IMG/VR virus record: IMGVR_UViG_3300025121_000046
Length of the DNA: 64,000 nucleotides
Strand: one strand, 5' to 3'
DNA from: an uncultured virus (IMG/VR IMGVR_UViG_3300025121_000046)
Lineage: Duplodnaviria > Heunggongvirae > Uroviricota > Caudoviricetes > Crassvirales
The notes below the pieces were generated by a model. That model saw only the letters and a list, made by a program, of their open reading frames with translations, was not told the DNA's origin and did no database searches. This document shows positions 39,986 through 49,502 of this stretch, piece after piece (position 1 is the stretch's first letter; each line of letters opens with the position of its first letter). The translations under genes were made by a program, and so were the position numbers.

Positions 39986-42326
39986 TTATCAGTAAATTAT
40001 CTTCAACTAATTTATCAAGAATATACTTAATATCAATATCTTCTGTTATCCAGCGGATCAATAAATCTCTTTCTGCTATAGGGTTATGATGACTTGACGG
40101 ACGAACATTTTTCTTCTGAAAATAATGACTCTGTTCAGATTGAAAAAATGTAAAGCCGGAGATGATTATCTCCTTGAATCCCATCCATCTTGCCAGGGCA
40201 ATAGCCATTATCCCTACAGTAGGAAATGCTTTTATCTCTTCTGATACATATCTAAACACTTCCGAAAACTCTTCATTATCTCCATACATCCAGACAACAT
40301 TACCCATCTTAATAAGTTTCTCTCCATTATCCAGCCAGAACTCATGCATCTTCTTAGCATCAGTATACTTCTGATACATTGTTTCTGATATAGGAAGAAT
40401 TCCAAGAATAGGATAATCAACTTTATGGTCCGGAATAATTTCATGATAGAGACTGGATATATTAAGATCGATCCTGGATCCTATTTCCGGAAACCCAAGT
40501 TTAAAGTTATTACATCTCATTACAAAAGAATCATCAATCTCTTTTGATAGGTCTGTTTTGAATGGTCCATTACCAATAACTGAACAAGATGTTTTACCAC
40601 TGATGATCTTCTGTACTTCCCTTCTGATTATTCTATCATATTCCAATGGTTTACTTATAATATTCATCTTGTCTTTAAATCTTCTGGATGCCTGGTTATG
40701 TATTATAACAGGCTTATCACATTGCAAGTATTTATTGTCTGCAATATGAATATACTCTTTTGGAAGATCAACGATCTTAACCCCCTGTAATCCTTCCATT
40801 ACTGCCTGAAAGTTTATAGCATCGGGATTATTGTTTTCAGAATTAAGAACTGTCCATCTGTTAATCACTTCCCGGGAAACAGTATTGTTTTTAAAGAACA
40901 TGGTACCTGTCATCTTCTCATTCCACTGCTTAAGATAATGAAATGATATATCGCAATCGACAGTATAGAAGAATTCCGGCATTGCAAGTATCTCAGCATC
41001 GGCATCGATCCAGATAACATCCTTCTTATACTTGTCCATTACAGATTTAAGGACCTGTGGTTTCATCTGAGTATTCTTCTCCCAGGATCCCTGATGACGA
41101 AGACCAACTATCTCATATGGAAGACCAAACTTATCAAGACTTGCTTTAAGGACTTTTACCTCTTCTTCATATGGAGTATCTGCAGTAAACATACTTACAT
41201 AGACAATATCATTACGTCCCGTGATCTTGCCTTCAAGCTTTTGGTTTATGAACTTAAGATTTTCTTCATTCTGTTTTCGAATATGATCAGCCACACCAGA
41301 TTTCTCTTTTACTATTAGTGCATGCTTCTGTGCTGTTTCATATTCACCCATCCAGTAATAACAGATCCCAAGTTCAAAGTCTGCCAAGTATGATTTATTT
41401 GTAGCATGAATAAATAATTTATCATTTACAGGATAATCCATCCTTAACACTTCTTCCTGAAGTAACCGGGCCATATGATATTTCTTCCGTTCTCTATAGA
41501 CAAGGCCAAGCAGATATAATGCCTCAAATCTTGAAGGACGGAATGAATAAGCTTCAATAAGCTGAAGAATGGCACTATCCATACTTTTAAGATGATATTG
41601 CATTACAGCTATCTGAAATAAGGAATAATATACTTCTTCCGGCCAGCCACCTCGTTTTGCTCTTTCCTCGTAATACTTTATGGCTTTATCATATTCCTTC
41701 ATGTTGGCATATGTCTGTGCCAGGTAAAAGTAATTACGTGTATCGGATGGATTATCAATGATTGCCTTTTCAAGAAGATCGCGATCCCTGGTTAACTTCT
41801 CACTTCGTGTACCACCATCAGCATGATGTATTACTGCAAGAGATCTTAACTCAGGACTCTCCCCGCAATTCTCTCCATTAATATATTCATGTGTTACTCC
41901 AATATATCTGAATTTCTTTCTACCTGATATAAGTAAGATCTGTGCAAAATCAAGATCTCCCATGTATCTTAAATGATACCAGTCATATTTCAATTGTGAT
42001 TTGTCAAATAGATCTGATACTTTATATTCAAAGTCAGCATCGGCAAGAAGAAGATAATCTGCTTTATCATAGGCAAGAGCCATGAGCTCTGATCTGTTAT
42101 GTCCGAAGTTAACCCAGGGTCTTGCATGAAGTTCTCCTTTTATCCCGGCATCTTCCATTACATCAACGATTATCTTCTGTGTTTCATCAACAGATCCTGT
42201 ATCAATAATAACATAGTAATCAATAAATGATTTACAGCTATCTATCATTCTTGCAATTACTTTCGCTTCATTACGAACTATTGCACAAAGGCATATTGTT
42301 TTTTTATCATTCATTTCATTTGTCAT
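39954..42326 (-). CDS. Multi-domain glycosyltransferase: GT2 + TPR + GT-A nucleotide-diphospho-sugar transferase + GT29 (sialyltransferase-like)
   Basis: ICLCAIVRNE..IDTGSVD..WVNFGHNR..LADAD..GVTHE (GT2); YFYLAQTY TPR helices; WEKNTQMKP..VIWIDADA (second DxD GT); CSVIGNGP..IDDSFVMRCN (sialylmotif L), PTVG..ISGF (S), HYF (III), HNPIAE (VS). Confidence 0.85.
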   Translation of the reverse strand: MTNEMNDKKTICLCAIVRNEAKVIARMIDSCKSFIDYYVIIDTGSVDETQKIIVDVMEDAGIKGELHARPWVNFGHNRSELMALAYDKADYLLLADADFEYKVSDLFDKSQLKYDWYHLRYMGDLDFAQILLISGRKKFRYIGVTHEYINGENCGESPELRSLAVIHHADGGTRSEKLTRDRDLLEKAIIDNPSDTRNYFYLAQTYANMKEYDKAIKYYEERAKRGGWPEEVYYSLFQIAVMQYHLKSMDSAILQLIEAYSFRPSRFEALYLLGLVYRERKKYHMARLLQEEVLRMDYPVNDKLFIHATNKSYLADFELGICYYWMGEYETAQKHALIVKEKSGVADHIRKQNEENLKFINQKLEGKITGRNDIVYVSMFTADTPYEEEVKVLKASLDKFGLPYEIVGLRHQGSWEKNTQMKPQVLKSVMDKYKKDVIWIDADAEILAMPEFFYTVDCDISFHYLKQWNEKMTGTMFFKNNTVSREVINRWTVLNSENNNPDAINFQAVMEGLQGVKIVDLPKEYIHIADNKYLQCDKPVIIHNQASRRFKDKMNIISKPLEYDRIIRREVQKIISGKTSCSVIGNGPFKTDLSKEIDDSFVMRCNNFKLGFPEIGSRIDLNISSLYHEIIPDHKVDYPILGILPISETMYQKYTDAKKMHEFWLDNGEKLIKMGNVVWMYGDNEEFSEVFRYVSEEIKAFPTVGIMAIALARWMGFKEIIISGFTFFQSEQSHYFQKKNVRPSSHHNPIAERDLLIRWITEDIDIKYILDKLVEDNLLINASIQSNTIK

Positions 42327-42368
42327 CTTCCTGTCTCTTTAATTAATACTTTAGTATCTCCATAAAAC

Positions 42369-42376
42369 CAAAGGTA
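42369..42376 (-). promoter_or_regulatory. Bacteroidota-type -7 promoter box upstream of the glycosyltransferase
   Basis: TACCTTTG (TAnnTTTG) in the intergenic gap, 42 nt upstream of the GT start; identical to the box at 61859-61866; no clear -33 TTTG. Confidence 0.5.
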
Positions 42377-42387
42377 GATTATTTATT

Positions 42388-43359
42388 TTAATTTGTAGTT
42401 ACAGATATTCCTTTTGCAATCAAACTATTTTTAGCAGTTATTCCTGCACCTGTTGGCGCAGCATTAGTTCCACCTTCAAGATAAATAAATCCCATTGTTT
42501 TAGTGGAAGCATCTATTTCTATAAGTATGTTATTTATATCGGCTGCAAGTATAATATCATTTTCTCGTGCATCAATTTGTATTGACAGCGATAAATCCCA
42601 TTCGCTATGTGCTTCAAGCGTGGCTAATCCTGCATCATAAACATTTATTCGATAAAAATCAACCCATGCAGCAAATGTAGTTATTGCACTTATCGGACAA
42701 CTCGTAAGTTCTATACTCTGAATATCTACCCATGCTGCATAAGTACCTCCAATATTGACTAAACCATAATTATCATGTAAGTTTATGTTGATTATTTTTA
42801 TCCATTCAGGTCTAAGAACAATTGCTGTAAGTAAATTTTCACTTGCTCCAAGAACTTCCAATAACACCCATTCTGCATGAGTAGCAAGTGTTATTAACTG
42901 GTTGATATCAAGGGTCAGGCTTACTAAATTAACCCATGTGGCATAAGTATTGAATGATGTCAAAGCATTATCCCCTGCTGCAAAGATCATCAGATTTACC
43001 CATTCAGGATAGGTTTCAAATGATGTAAGTAAGTTCCCCTGAACATTTATCTGTTCAATATTAATAATTGTACTTGGAATGAGGATATCGGTTATATCCT
43101 GATTAGGTGCAGAAATATGCGTGATCACAGTAGCACCGGATATAATTACAGTCCCTCCTCCTATATAAAAATGATCTACAGTAACATTACCCATTCCTAA
43201 TAATGTTACTGTCTCTAAAATAGAACCATCCGTCCAATCAATAATAACATTTCCTAATCCTTGTAAGTCCATACTAAATGTACCAACAATAGATGTTTCA
43301 ATAATAATTTTTATACCTCGAAATCTTGTCAATGATCTGAATGTACAACCTTTTCTCAT
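42388..43359 (-). CDS. Leucine-rich-repeat-like protein
   Basis: ~23-aa repeats 'N.L.....(E/T)WV.L..L' after an N-terminal 'IDWTDG' domain. Confidence 0.65.
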   Translation of the reverse strand: MRKGCTFRSLTRFRGIKIIIETSIVGTFSMDLQGLGNVIIDWTDGSILETVTLLGMGNVTVDHFYIGGGTVIISGATVITHISAPNQDITDILIPSTIINIEQINVQGNLLTSFETYPEWVNLMIFAAGDNALTSFNTYATWVNLVSLTLDINQLITLATHAEWVLLEVLGASENLLTAIVLRPEWIKIININLHDNYGLVNIGGTYAAWVDIQSIELTSCPISAITTFAAWVDFYRINVYDAGLATLEAHSEWDLSLSIQIDARENDIILAADINNILIEIDASTKTMGFIYLEGGTNAAPTGAGITAKNSLIAKGISVTTN

Positions 43360-43361
43360 AA

Positions 43362-45212
43362 CTATTGTGTATATGGTCCACCTTTATTAAACCAGAAAGC
43401 ACCACTCTCATCATAAAGGAATGCTAACAGATCCCTGTCATTAGGACCTGTATCAAAAGCAAATCCTGCCTCAGTATAATATGTTCCTGTAAGAGACAAG
43501 ACATGATCTCCTGTATTATCCTGGATTATCTTTAAATTACCCTGATCTCCACTTACTACATTTGATATTATAAGAGTACAATCCTGAACAAGAGTAAGCT
43601 TTGCATTATATCCCTGCGTTACATCCCAATGAATTCCTGCTGTAGCATTATCAAGAATGATAAATGTCTTTGGCGCTTCTGCAGGTCCTGTAGGACCAGT
43701 ACTACCAACTCCTGTTGCACCTGTAGGACCTATTGATCCTGTAACACCAGTTGGTCCTATTGCTCCCTGTGTGGCAAAAACTACAAGATCAACCCTCGAT
43801 ACTCCCACAACACCTGTACCGGAATATCTCCTCATCCTTCCCTTAACATTATATGTTCCGGCAACAAGTGATGATGATCTTTTAACAACAGGGATAACGA
43901 TATAAGTAGGAGTGGTAGTAAGATAGGCAAATACCTCATCGGTATCAACACCATTGATCTGAAGAGTTAATCCTATTACTGAAGCACCACCGGAAACAAG
44001 TTCACATTGACAATTCATAATAGCCATTATCTCAACAGTAGATTCAAGAGTTATTGATGTTGTCACTCCTGTAATATCTATGAGTGTTGCTGAAGTGGTA
44101 GTTCTTAATGTCTCCATCTCGACAAATGAACTTGGGATCTTTCCCGCTACAGCATCAGCCCCTGCAGCACCAGTAGGTCCGGTTGCTCCTACAGCACCTG
44201 TCGCTCCATCTGCACCTGTGACACCCGCACCTGTGGGCCCTACTGGACCAGTGATTGAAGGTCCTGTTGGTCCAATGGATCCGGTTACACCATCAGCACC
44301 TGTAGGACCTGTTATACTTGACCCTGTCGGTCCTGTAGCTCCGGTAGGTCCAGCAACAGTAGAATCTGCACCGGTTGGTCCGGTTGATCCTGTAGGTCCT
44401 GCAGGACCAGTAGCACCAGGTGAATATGCTCCACCATAAAGATTTATAATCCAGTCTGAATACGTACCTGATCCTGTATGGTTAACAGAAACCATAGATA
44501 ACTCTCCTGAAGCTGCTGTATAATTTACTACAGTAGCACGGAATAGATTATTAATATCATAAGCAACAACAATATCCTGTCCTAATGTAAATGCTCTTCC
44601 TGTAGAACATATCATATCTATTCCTGTAGGATGAGTTGTTGGAAGTGTTTCTGTTCCAGTAGATGTAGATGCAAATCTATCGGCATATCCTGTTGGACCT
44701 ATTGATCCTATTGGTCCTGAAGGTCCTGTTGGTCCTGCCACTGTTGAGTCAGTGCCCGTTGGCCCTGCATTACCTGTTAATCCTATTGGACCAGTTGCTC
44801 CTGTAGAACCAGTTGGACCTGTATTCCCATCTGCACCTGTCGGACCAGTATCTCCTGGTATTATTGATGCGGCTCCTGTCGGACCTGTAGCACCAGTAGG
44901 TCCATCATCTCCTGTATTACCATCAGATCCTGTTACTCCTATAGGTCCTGTTGGTCCTGTAGAACCGGTTGCACCGTCTGCACCTATATCACCTGTTGGT
45001 CCTGATGGACCTGTAGGTCCAGTACCAGAAGATCCTGTTGGTCCAGTCGGACCTGTGGCTCCTATTCCTATAGGTCCGGTAGCACCGGCCACGCTAATAG
45101 TTTCTCCTGTAAGAAGAATAATATTTTTCTTATCATCCCTGGCCGGTTCAATAAATATATTACCACCATCGAGTTGTGGAGAAGGACCTAAGAATTGTGC
45201 ACCGGTTGACAT
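43362..45212 (-). CDS. Collagen-like fibre protein with Thr-rich G-X-T repeats (BclA-like)
   Basis: Three blocks of GPT/GAT/GST triplets separated by globular domains; fibre-like C-terminal domain. Confidence 0.9.
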   Translation of the reverse strand: MSTGAQFLGPSPQLDGGNIFIEPARDDKKNIILLTGETISVAGATGPIGIGATGPTGPTGSSGTGPTGPSGPTGDIGADGATGSTGPTGPIGVTGSDGNTGDDGPTGATGPTGAASIIPGDTGPTGADGNTGPTGSTGATGPIGLTGNAGPTGTDSTVAGPTGPSGPIGSIGPTGYADRFASTSTGTETLPTTHPTGIDMICSTGRAFTLGQDIVVAYDINNLFRATVVNYTAASGELSMVSVNHTGSGTYSDWIINLYGGAYSPGATGPAGPTGSTGPTGADSTVAGPTGATGPTGSSITGPTGADGVTGSIGPTGPSITGPVGPTGAGVTGADGATGAVGATGPTGAAGADAVAGKIPSSFVEMETLRTTTSATLIDITGVTTSITLESTVEIMAIMNCQCELVSGGASVIGLTLQINGVDTDEVFAYLTTTPTYIVIPVVKRSSSLVAGTYNVKGRMRRYSGTGVVGVSRVDLVVFATQGAIGPTGVTGSIGPTGATGVGSTGPTGPAEAPKTFIILDNATAGIHWDVTQGYNAKLTLVQDCTLIISNVVSGDQGNLKIIQDNTGDHVLSLTGTYYTEAGFAFDTGPNDRDLLAFLYDESGAFWFNKGGPYTQ

Positions 45213-45224
45213 ATCTTTATTTTA

Positions 45225-45347
45225 TTAATATAATCCAGGTATCATATTTGTTTTTTTCTTAATGGCAGCAAGTTCCGTGCTATTGTCATCCATTTCTGTT
45301 CTTATCTCCACAGCCGTAGGCAAATCACCTAATTGTGTATCAAGGTT
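45225..45347 (-). pseudogene. Out-of-frame coding remnant / alternative C-terminus
   Basis: The -1 frame relative to the 216 aa ORF reads NLDTQLGDLPTAVEIRTEMDDNSTELAAIKKKTNMIPGLY*, a protein-like tail filling the gap to the collagen gene. Confidence 0.5.
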
Positions 45348-45979
45348 TCACCACCATATCTACGAGCATTACCAGCCTTGAACCAATCTATATAAGTAAG
45401 CCCGATGACTGTCGTTCCATATTGACGTAATGTAGTAGTTCCTGTCGTACTGCCACTACTTGTACTACAATCAACCGCAGAAGCCTGTAAAACTCCATTT
45501 AAGTAAACATCAACGACCCCAGCAGCTTGCATAGTCCATACAAAAGTCCACTCTTGCCAAGTATCCTGTTGAACTAAATCAGCACCTACCTCGTTCCATG
45601 CTGCACCATCATAAACATATAGTCCATCAGAAGCCCAACGAATACCAAGATAGTAACTTGTAGCATAACAAAGAAGTTCAAAATAATCTGAATTAGCGAG
45701 TGTTCCTAAAGTGTCATGGTATAGTTTAATTGAAATAATATTCGGGTTTGTTTGATATGAACCTATGTCAAGAGTACGGGAAGCTAAGTTACCAGCACCA
45801 GCAGCAACAACATCCATTTTAAAACAACTCTTGGAATCAAAGAAAATCTGTGAGCTCACACCTGTTCCTGTATCGCCATCTGTTGTCCAATCGACAATAT
45901 CAGCGCAATCCTCATCCTTGATTGTACCACTTGAGAATGTTAATTCGTCTAAATACTTATTTTCGGTTATTATTGACAT
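45329..45979 (-). CDS. Beta-sandwich (ConA/LamG-like) protein
   Basis: 216 aa; 'WQEWTFVW...VDVYLNGVLQ...YIDWFK' lectin-like pattern. Confidence 0.55.
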   Translation of the reverse strand: MSIITENKYLDELTFSSGTIKDEDCADIVDWTTDGDTGTGVSSQIFFDSKSCFKMDVVAAGAGNLASRTLDIGSYQTNPNIISIKLYHDTLGTLANSDYFELLCYATSYYLGIRWASDGLYVYDGAAWNEVGADLVQQDTWQEWTFVWTMQAAGVVDVYLNGVLQASAVDCSTSSGSTTGTTTLRQYGTTVIGLTYIDWFKAGNARRYGGETLIHN

Positions 45980-45982
45980 TTT

Positions 45983-46369
45983 CTATGAATATGTTACGCT
46001 CGTTAAATCATCTCCTGTAAAACCAAATGTTTTTGTAAGACTTATTCCTGAAGGGGTGTCACCTGATAAAACAAGGCTTGTTAGAACGCCAAGAGTATAA
46101 TTAAATGTCTTTACTATTTCAAGACTACCACCAAGATCATAAGTTATATAGTCAATATCATCACCATTATAAGTTATCACATAAGGATAACTTTTAAGAT
46201 TTTTTGACACTGTTTCAAATGCTTCTGATAATCCACTTACAGATCCCCATTCAACATCATAATCTACTGTTCCTTTTTTCTTAATAATCTGACCAATAGA
46301 ACCACCTTGTGGAAGAGTATTCTTATAATTCTTAGAATATCTTATTTCTCCAATAGGTTCTCCTGACAT
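45983..46369 (-). CDS. Hypothetical structural protein
   Basis: 128 aa; 'LPQGGSIGQIIKKK..DYDVEW' fibre linker motif plus beta-hairpin repeats. Confidence 0.6.
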   Translation of the reverse strand: MSGEPIGEIRYSKNYKNTLPQGGSIGQIIKKKGTVDYDVEWGSVSGLSEAFETVSKNLKSYPYVITYNGDDIDYITYDLGGSLEIVKTFNYTLGVLTSLVLSGDTPSGISLTKTFGFTGDDLTSVTYS

Positions 46370-46374
46370 GATAA

Positions 46375-47139
46375 TTATAAGTTAGGGTCAACATCATAAA
46401 AATCAAGTATCTGATCTATCTCTCCCTGTATTGTTGTTAATGCAGTAAGATTGGATGAACTGATAGCACTCTTTAATGAACTGAGAAGTCCCCAGGCTGT
46501 AAGAGCATCATCAAGATATTTCTTTCTTGTATTTCCGGGCACCATCCTTGCAAGATTAGAAAACATCTTATCAACTCCTGCTTCAGATCTACAATATACA
46601 TAAGGATAGAATGTACTTTTATATTCTCTTGTACCTGTACATGCACCATCATTTGCTACCCAGGTATCAGCAATATAAAAGTTATTTGCATCAATCTTGG
46701 TAACAAGATGTTCTCCATTATAACTTGTTGATCCGGTAATATCAACATACATACCACCAGTTAATCCATGTGTAGCAGCTGTTACTTTTACTGTTCCATT
46801 TACGGTAGATCCATAATTTGAGAATGCAGATATGGTAAAGTCACCAGTCTTAAGCTTATAAACAATATTATGAAGTCCATCCTCGCTTGTACCCGTAAGA
46901 TCATCAAACCACCAGGTACCTGTTACCGGATCAGGTATCTGACTAAGGATATCATATTCATCTGATGCTACCCCGGAAGGATTTATTATTTGAATTATGG
47001 CAGAAGTCAATGTCCCTGGATCCAACCCTGAAACACCACTCCATTTTGTCCCATCTCCTGTATCAACACCAGTCTTGTCCTGTATGCTGAACTTAGTACA
47101 ACGGGTTACTACTTTAAGATCAAGATCTGGCGTAAACAT
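46375..47139 (-). CDS. Structural protein (possible tail hub) with inserted small beta-barrel
   Basis: 254 aa; 'FSIQDKTG', 'EDGLHNIVY'; internal 'VKVTAATHGLTGG.YVDITG...YNG...VTKIDANNF' resembles E1-FCCH-like inserts of phage tail proteins. Confidence 0.5.
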   Translation of the reverse strand: MFTPDLDLKVVTRCTKFSIQDKTGVDTGDGTKWSGVSGLDPGTLTSAIIQIINPSGVASDEYDILSQIPDPVTGTWWFDDLTGTSEDGLHNIVYKLKTGDFTISAFSNYGSTVNGTVKVTAATHGLTGGMYVDITGSTSYNGEHLVTKIDANNFYIADTWVANDGACTGTREYKSTFYPYVYCRSEAGVDKMFSNLARMVPGNTRKKYLDDALTAWGLLSSLKSAISSSNLTALTTIQGEIDQILDFYDVDPNL

Positions 47140-47171
47140 GACTTATCTGTTTTAAATTGATTAATAAATTC

Positions 47172-47207
47172 AAAAAAGGGGAAGAGAAAATATCTTCCGC
47201 TTCCCCC
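47172..47207 (-). terminator. Rho-independent terminator
   Basis: Minus strand GGGGGAAGCGGAAGATATTTTCTCTTCCCC-TTTTTT: GC-rich hairpin plus U tract, 28 nt after the 435 aa gene. Confidence 0.85.
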
Positions 47208-47235
47208 GATTTGAAATATGGCAGATAAGCGGTTA

Positions 47236-48543
47236 TTATACGCCTATTGAACTTGTCTGTGTAGTATAAGCCTGAAGTATATCAGAGATAGTATCAGGTG
47301 GTTCTCCATTGGAGAATCCTGTTTCAAGGGCAACAAGAAGTTGTTTCAGTCTCCTTGGCGCTCCACCAATACCTCCGGTAGTAACATCAGTATAATAACT
47401 GACCGACATTTGATCATACATCTTTCCTGATGTAGCAAGGGCCCTGGCAGCTGTCCACATGAAGTCTCCGGCATAGGCATTACCATCATTACCAAGGAGT
47501 CCCCATTCCAGTTCAGCTATCTGTTCATAATTACCCTGCCCAAGAGTCATAGCAGTCGTATAGGTAATAGGTGTTGTTCCAAATGAACTTGATGTATCAA
47601 GCCCTATCAGAAATGATACTTTTGAGAATGGAGTTTTCCCAACAGAGAATGCCCTGGCAACACCAGAGAGTTTAATACCAAGATCAGCAGAAGCCATCTT
47701 GGCAGCGGTAAGAACCGTGCCTGCAGCCTTCCCTGCAGCTACTGCCGAGAAACTTTCTTCCTCAATAGGTCTGTCAACCTTGAACACGGTAGTTGAGGTA
47801 AGCTCCTCGACCCTGTATATACCATCAGTGACAAGACACCCGGTTACTGCCTGTGCATCAGAAAAACGAACATAATCACCTACAGCCAGGTCCACGTTGG
47901 TATTATAATCAGTATTAGTACCGCATGTTACATATTTTTCTCCTTTAACAAAGGTTACTGTTCCAGCAAAAGCAGCTGTAGCTGCATAAGCAACATCAGA
48001 AATAAGTTCAGCCTGGATAGGAACAACAGCCTGCCTGCGAAGAGTACGACTCAACTGCTGAACAAGACCAAGAGCAACCTCAAGTTGTGTAGCCGAAGCA
48101 TCACTCTTGTAAGCTGAATTGATTATCATTTGTTGTCCGATACCTGTATAATCCTGTTCTTTCAGAGAAAGTCTTACGACATACAGTTTGCTGTTTGCTA
48201 CTTCAATCTCACCTGAGGTACCATTATACCCGATATAGGATACCTGTTCTGCGGCTGCTACATCGACCTGTGTTTTGAACGCGAGGATATTGGCCTGTTT
48301 GATAAGATCACTCTGGATCAGATCGGTACCATTACGGAGAATGAGTTTAATTCCAGATTCTGCAACAATGTCATCAGTAAGCACTGATGTTGCGCTAAGA
48401 ACCATGTTGTGGGCATTACATACGGCGATCTCACCATCAGTCAGTCCTGCATAGGTGGATATTACGCCGTTAATGGCAGTAGTTGGAGTTACTGCTCCAA
48501 GGTCCTTGCCGATAAACAGTTGCATTACATCATTTTGTGTCAT
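47236..48543 (-). CDS. Major structural protein, probably auxiliary capsid protein
   Basis: 435 aa Ala/Thr/Val-rich protein followed by a strong terminator; 'EQVSYIGYNG', 'GQGNYEQIAELE' motifs; position matches the crAss auxiliary capsid gene. Confidence 0.55.
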   Translation of the reverse strand: MTQNDVMQLFIGKDLGAVTPTTAINGVISTYAGLTDGEIAVCNAHNMVLSATSVLTDDIVAESGIKLILRNGTDLIQSDLIKQANILAFKTQVDVAAAEQVSYIGYNGTSGEIEVANSKLYVVRLSLKEQDYTGIGQQMIINSAYKSDASATQLEVALGLVQQLSRTLRRQAVVPIQAELISDVAYAATAAFAGTVTFVKGEKYVTCGTNTDYNTNVDLAVGDYVRFSDAQAVTGCLVTDGIYRVEELTSTTVFKVDRPIEEESFSAVAAGKAAGTVLTAAKMASADLGIKLSGVARAFSVGKTPFSKVSFLIGLDTSSSFGTTPITYTTAMTLGQGNYEQIAELEWGLLGNDGNAYAGDFMWTAARALATSGKMYDQMSVSYYTDVTTGGIGGAPRRLKQLLVALETGFSNGEPPDTISDILQAYTTQTSSIGV

Positions 48544-48567
48544 GTCTTTGGAATTTAAAATTTATAA

Positions 48568-48825
48568 TTATAATAATTGGTTCTCAGAGTTCCATAAGAA
48601 TCCTTTGTACTTTGTACCATTCTTGATAGCTTTATTGATATTGGTTTTATCAAAACCTTTATCTATTGCTTCTTCCAATGATTCAAAGATCTCAACGATC
48701 TCACCTGTCTTTGGATCTTTTGTAGCTATCTTTGTTTTTTCAACAACTGGTTCTTCAACTTCTATAGAGACTTCAGGGATATATCCCTTGGCTTTCTCCC
48801 TTGCAAGTATTGCCCTGTTTTTCAT
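48568..48825 (-). CDS. Small NUMOD1-like HTH DNA-binding protein
   Basis: 'TGEIVEIFESLEEA...GFDKTNINKAIKNG..YKGFLW' is the NUMOD1/IENR1-type pattern; no nuclease domain. Confidence 0.7.
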   Translation of the reverse strand: MKNRAILAREKAKGYIPEVSIEVEEPVVEKTKIATKDPKTGEIVEIFESLEEAIDKGFDKTNINKAIKNGTKYKGFLWNSENQLL

Positions 48826-49502
48826 TCTGTTGCTTTTTTAGGTTCATTAATTTTACTTATCATGGCAAGAGCAATGACTATTGCCCTGTCAACAATCTCC
48901 TCATGAAGACTTTCATGTAACTGACAATCTGCACCTGTAATAATATTTATAGCTGAAGGTTTACTCAGATATCTTAAGTTGTAAGATGTAATAGTATTGT
49001 CACTTGCATGTATCAGTTCATGTTTCTTCGTTCCTGTAGCTCCATAGTCCATTCTCCAGACAAGATTCTTATATGGTTTGCCAAATGGATTCTTGACATT
49101 TTTTGTATATTCATCATGACGGATTGGAAGTACTTCTACAGATCCTGTAGCGCTGTCATCATTACAGTCAGTATATCCTACAACACACATCTCCTGCAGG
49201 GAATAAAGAAAGTCTGAAGGAAGGTTAGCAAACTGACCTCCTGGATGAAGAGCTGCATCGGCTGTTACAAAATTTGTTATTACAGTATTCTTTATAAGAC
49301 TACCGAGTTCAAGTCTTGTCTTTTCATCCGCTTCAAAATACGATAGATTGCTTCCTGCTTTCTTTGAATACCTGTCATCTATAAGTTGATCCTGGGCAAG
49401 GTTAAGGAACACAGCAATATCAGTCGATGTATATACCTTATTCACCGTATTAAACTGATTAAGCTTCAGTTCAAAATGATATTGCATCTGTTCCGCGATC
49501 AT
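48822..49502 (-). CDS. Tail ring protein paralogue
   Basis: 'FLNLAQDQLI', 'FEADEKTRLELGSL', 'LPSDFLY', 'YLSKP', 'CQLHESLHEEIVDRA' shared with 51363..52031. Confidence 0.75.
   Translation of the reverse strand: MIAEQMQYHFELKLNQFNTVNKVYTSTDIAVFLNLAQDQLIDDRYSKKAGSNLSYFEADEKTRLELGSLIKNTVITNFVTADAALHPGGQFANLPSDFLYSLQEMCVVGYTDCNDDSATGSVEVLPIRHDEYTKNVKNPFGKPYKNLVWRMDYGATGTKKHELIHASDNTITSYNLRYLSKPSAINIITGADCQLHESLHEEIVDRAIVIALAMISKINEPKKATE

Noticed and set aside
43680..45085. Repetitive 9-nt-period DNA as a possible CRISPR or non-coding repeat array
   Set aside because: Fully explained by Gly-X-Thr collagen codons; no repeat-spacer structure.
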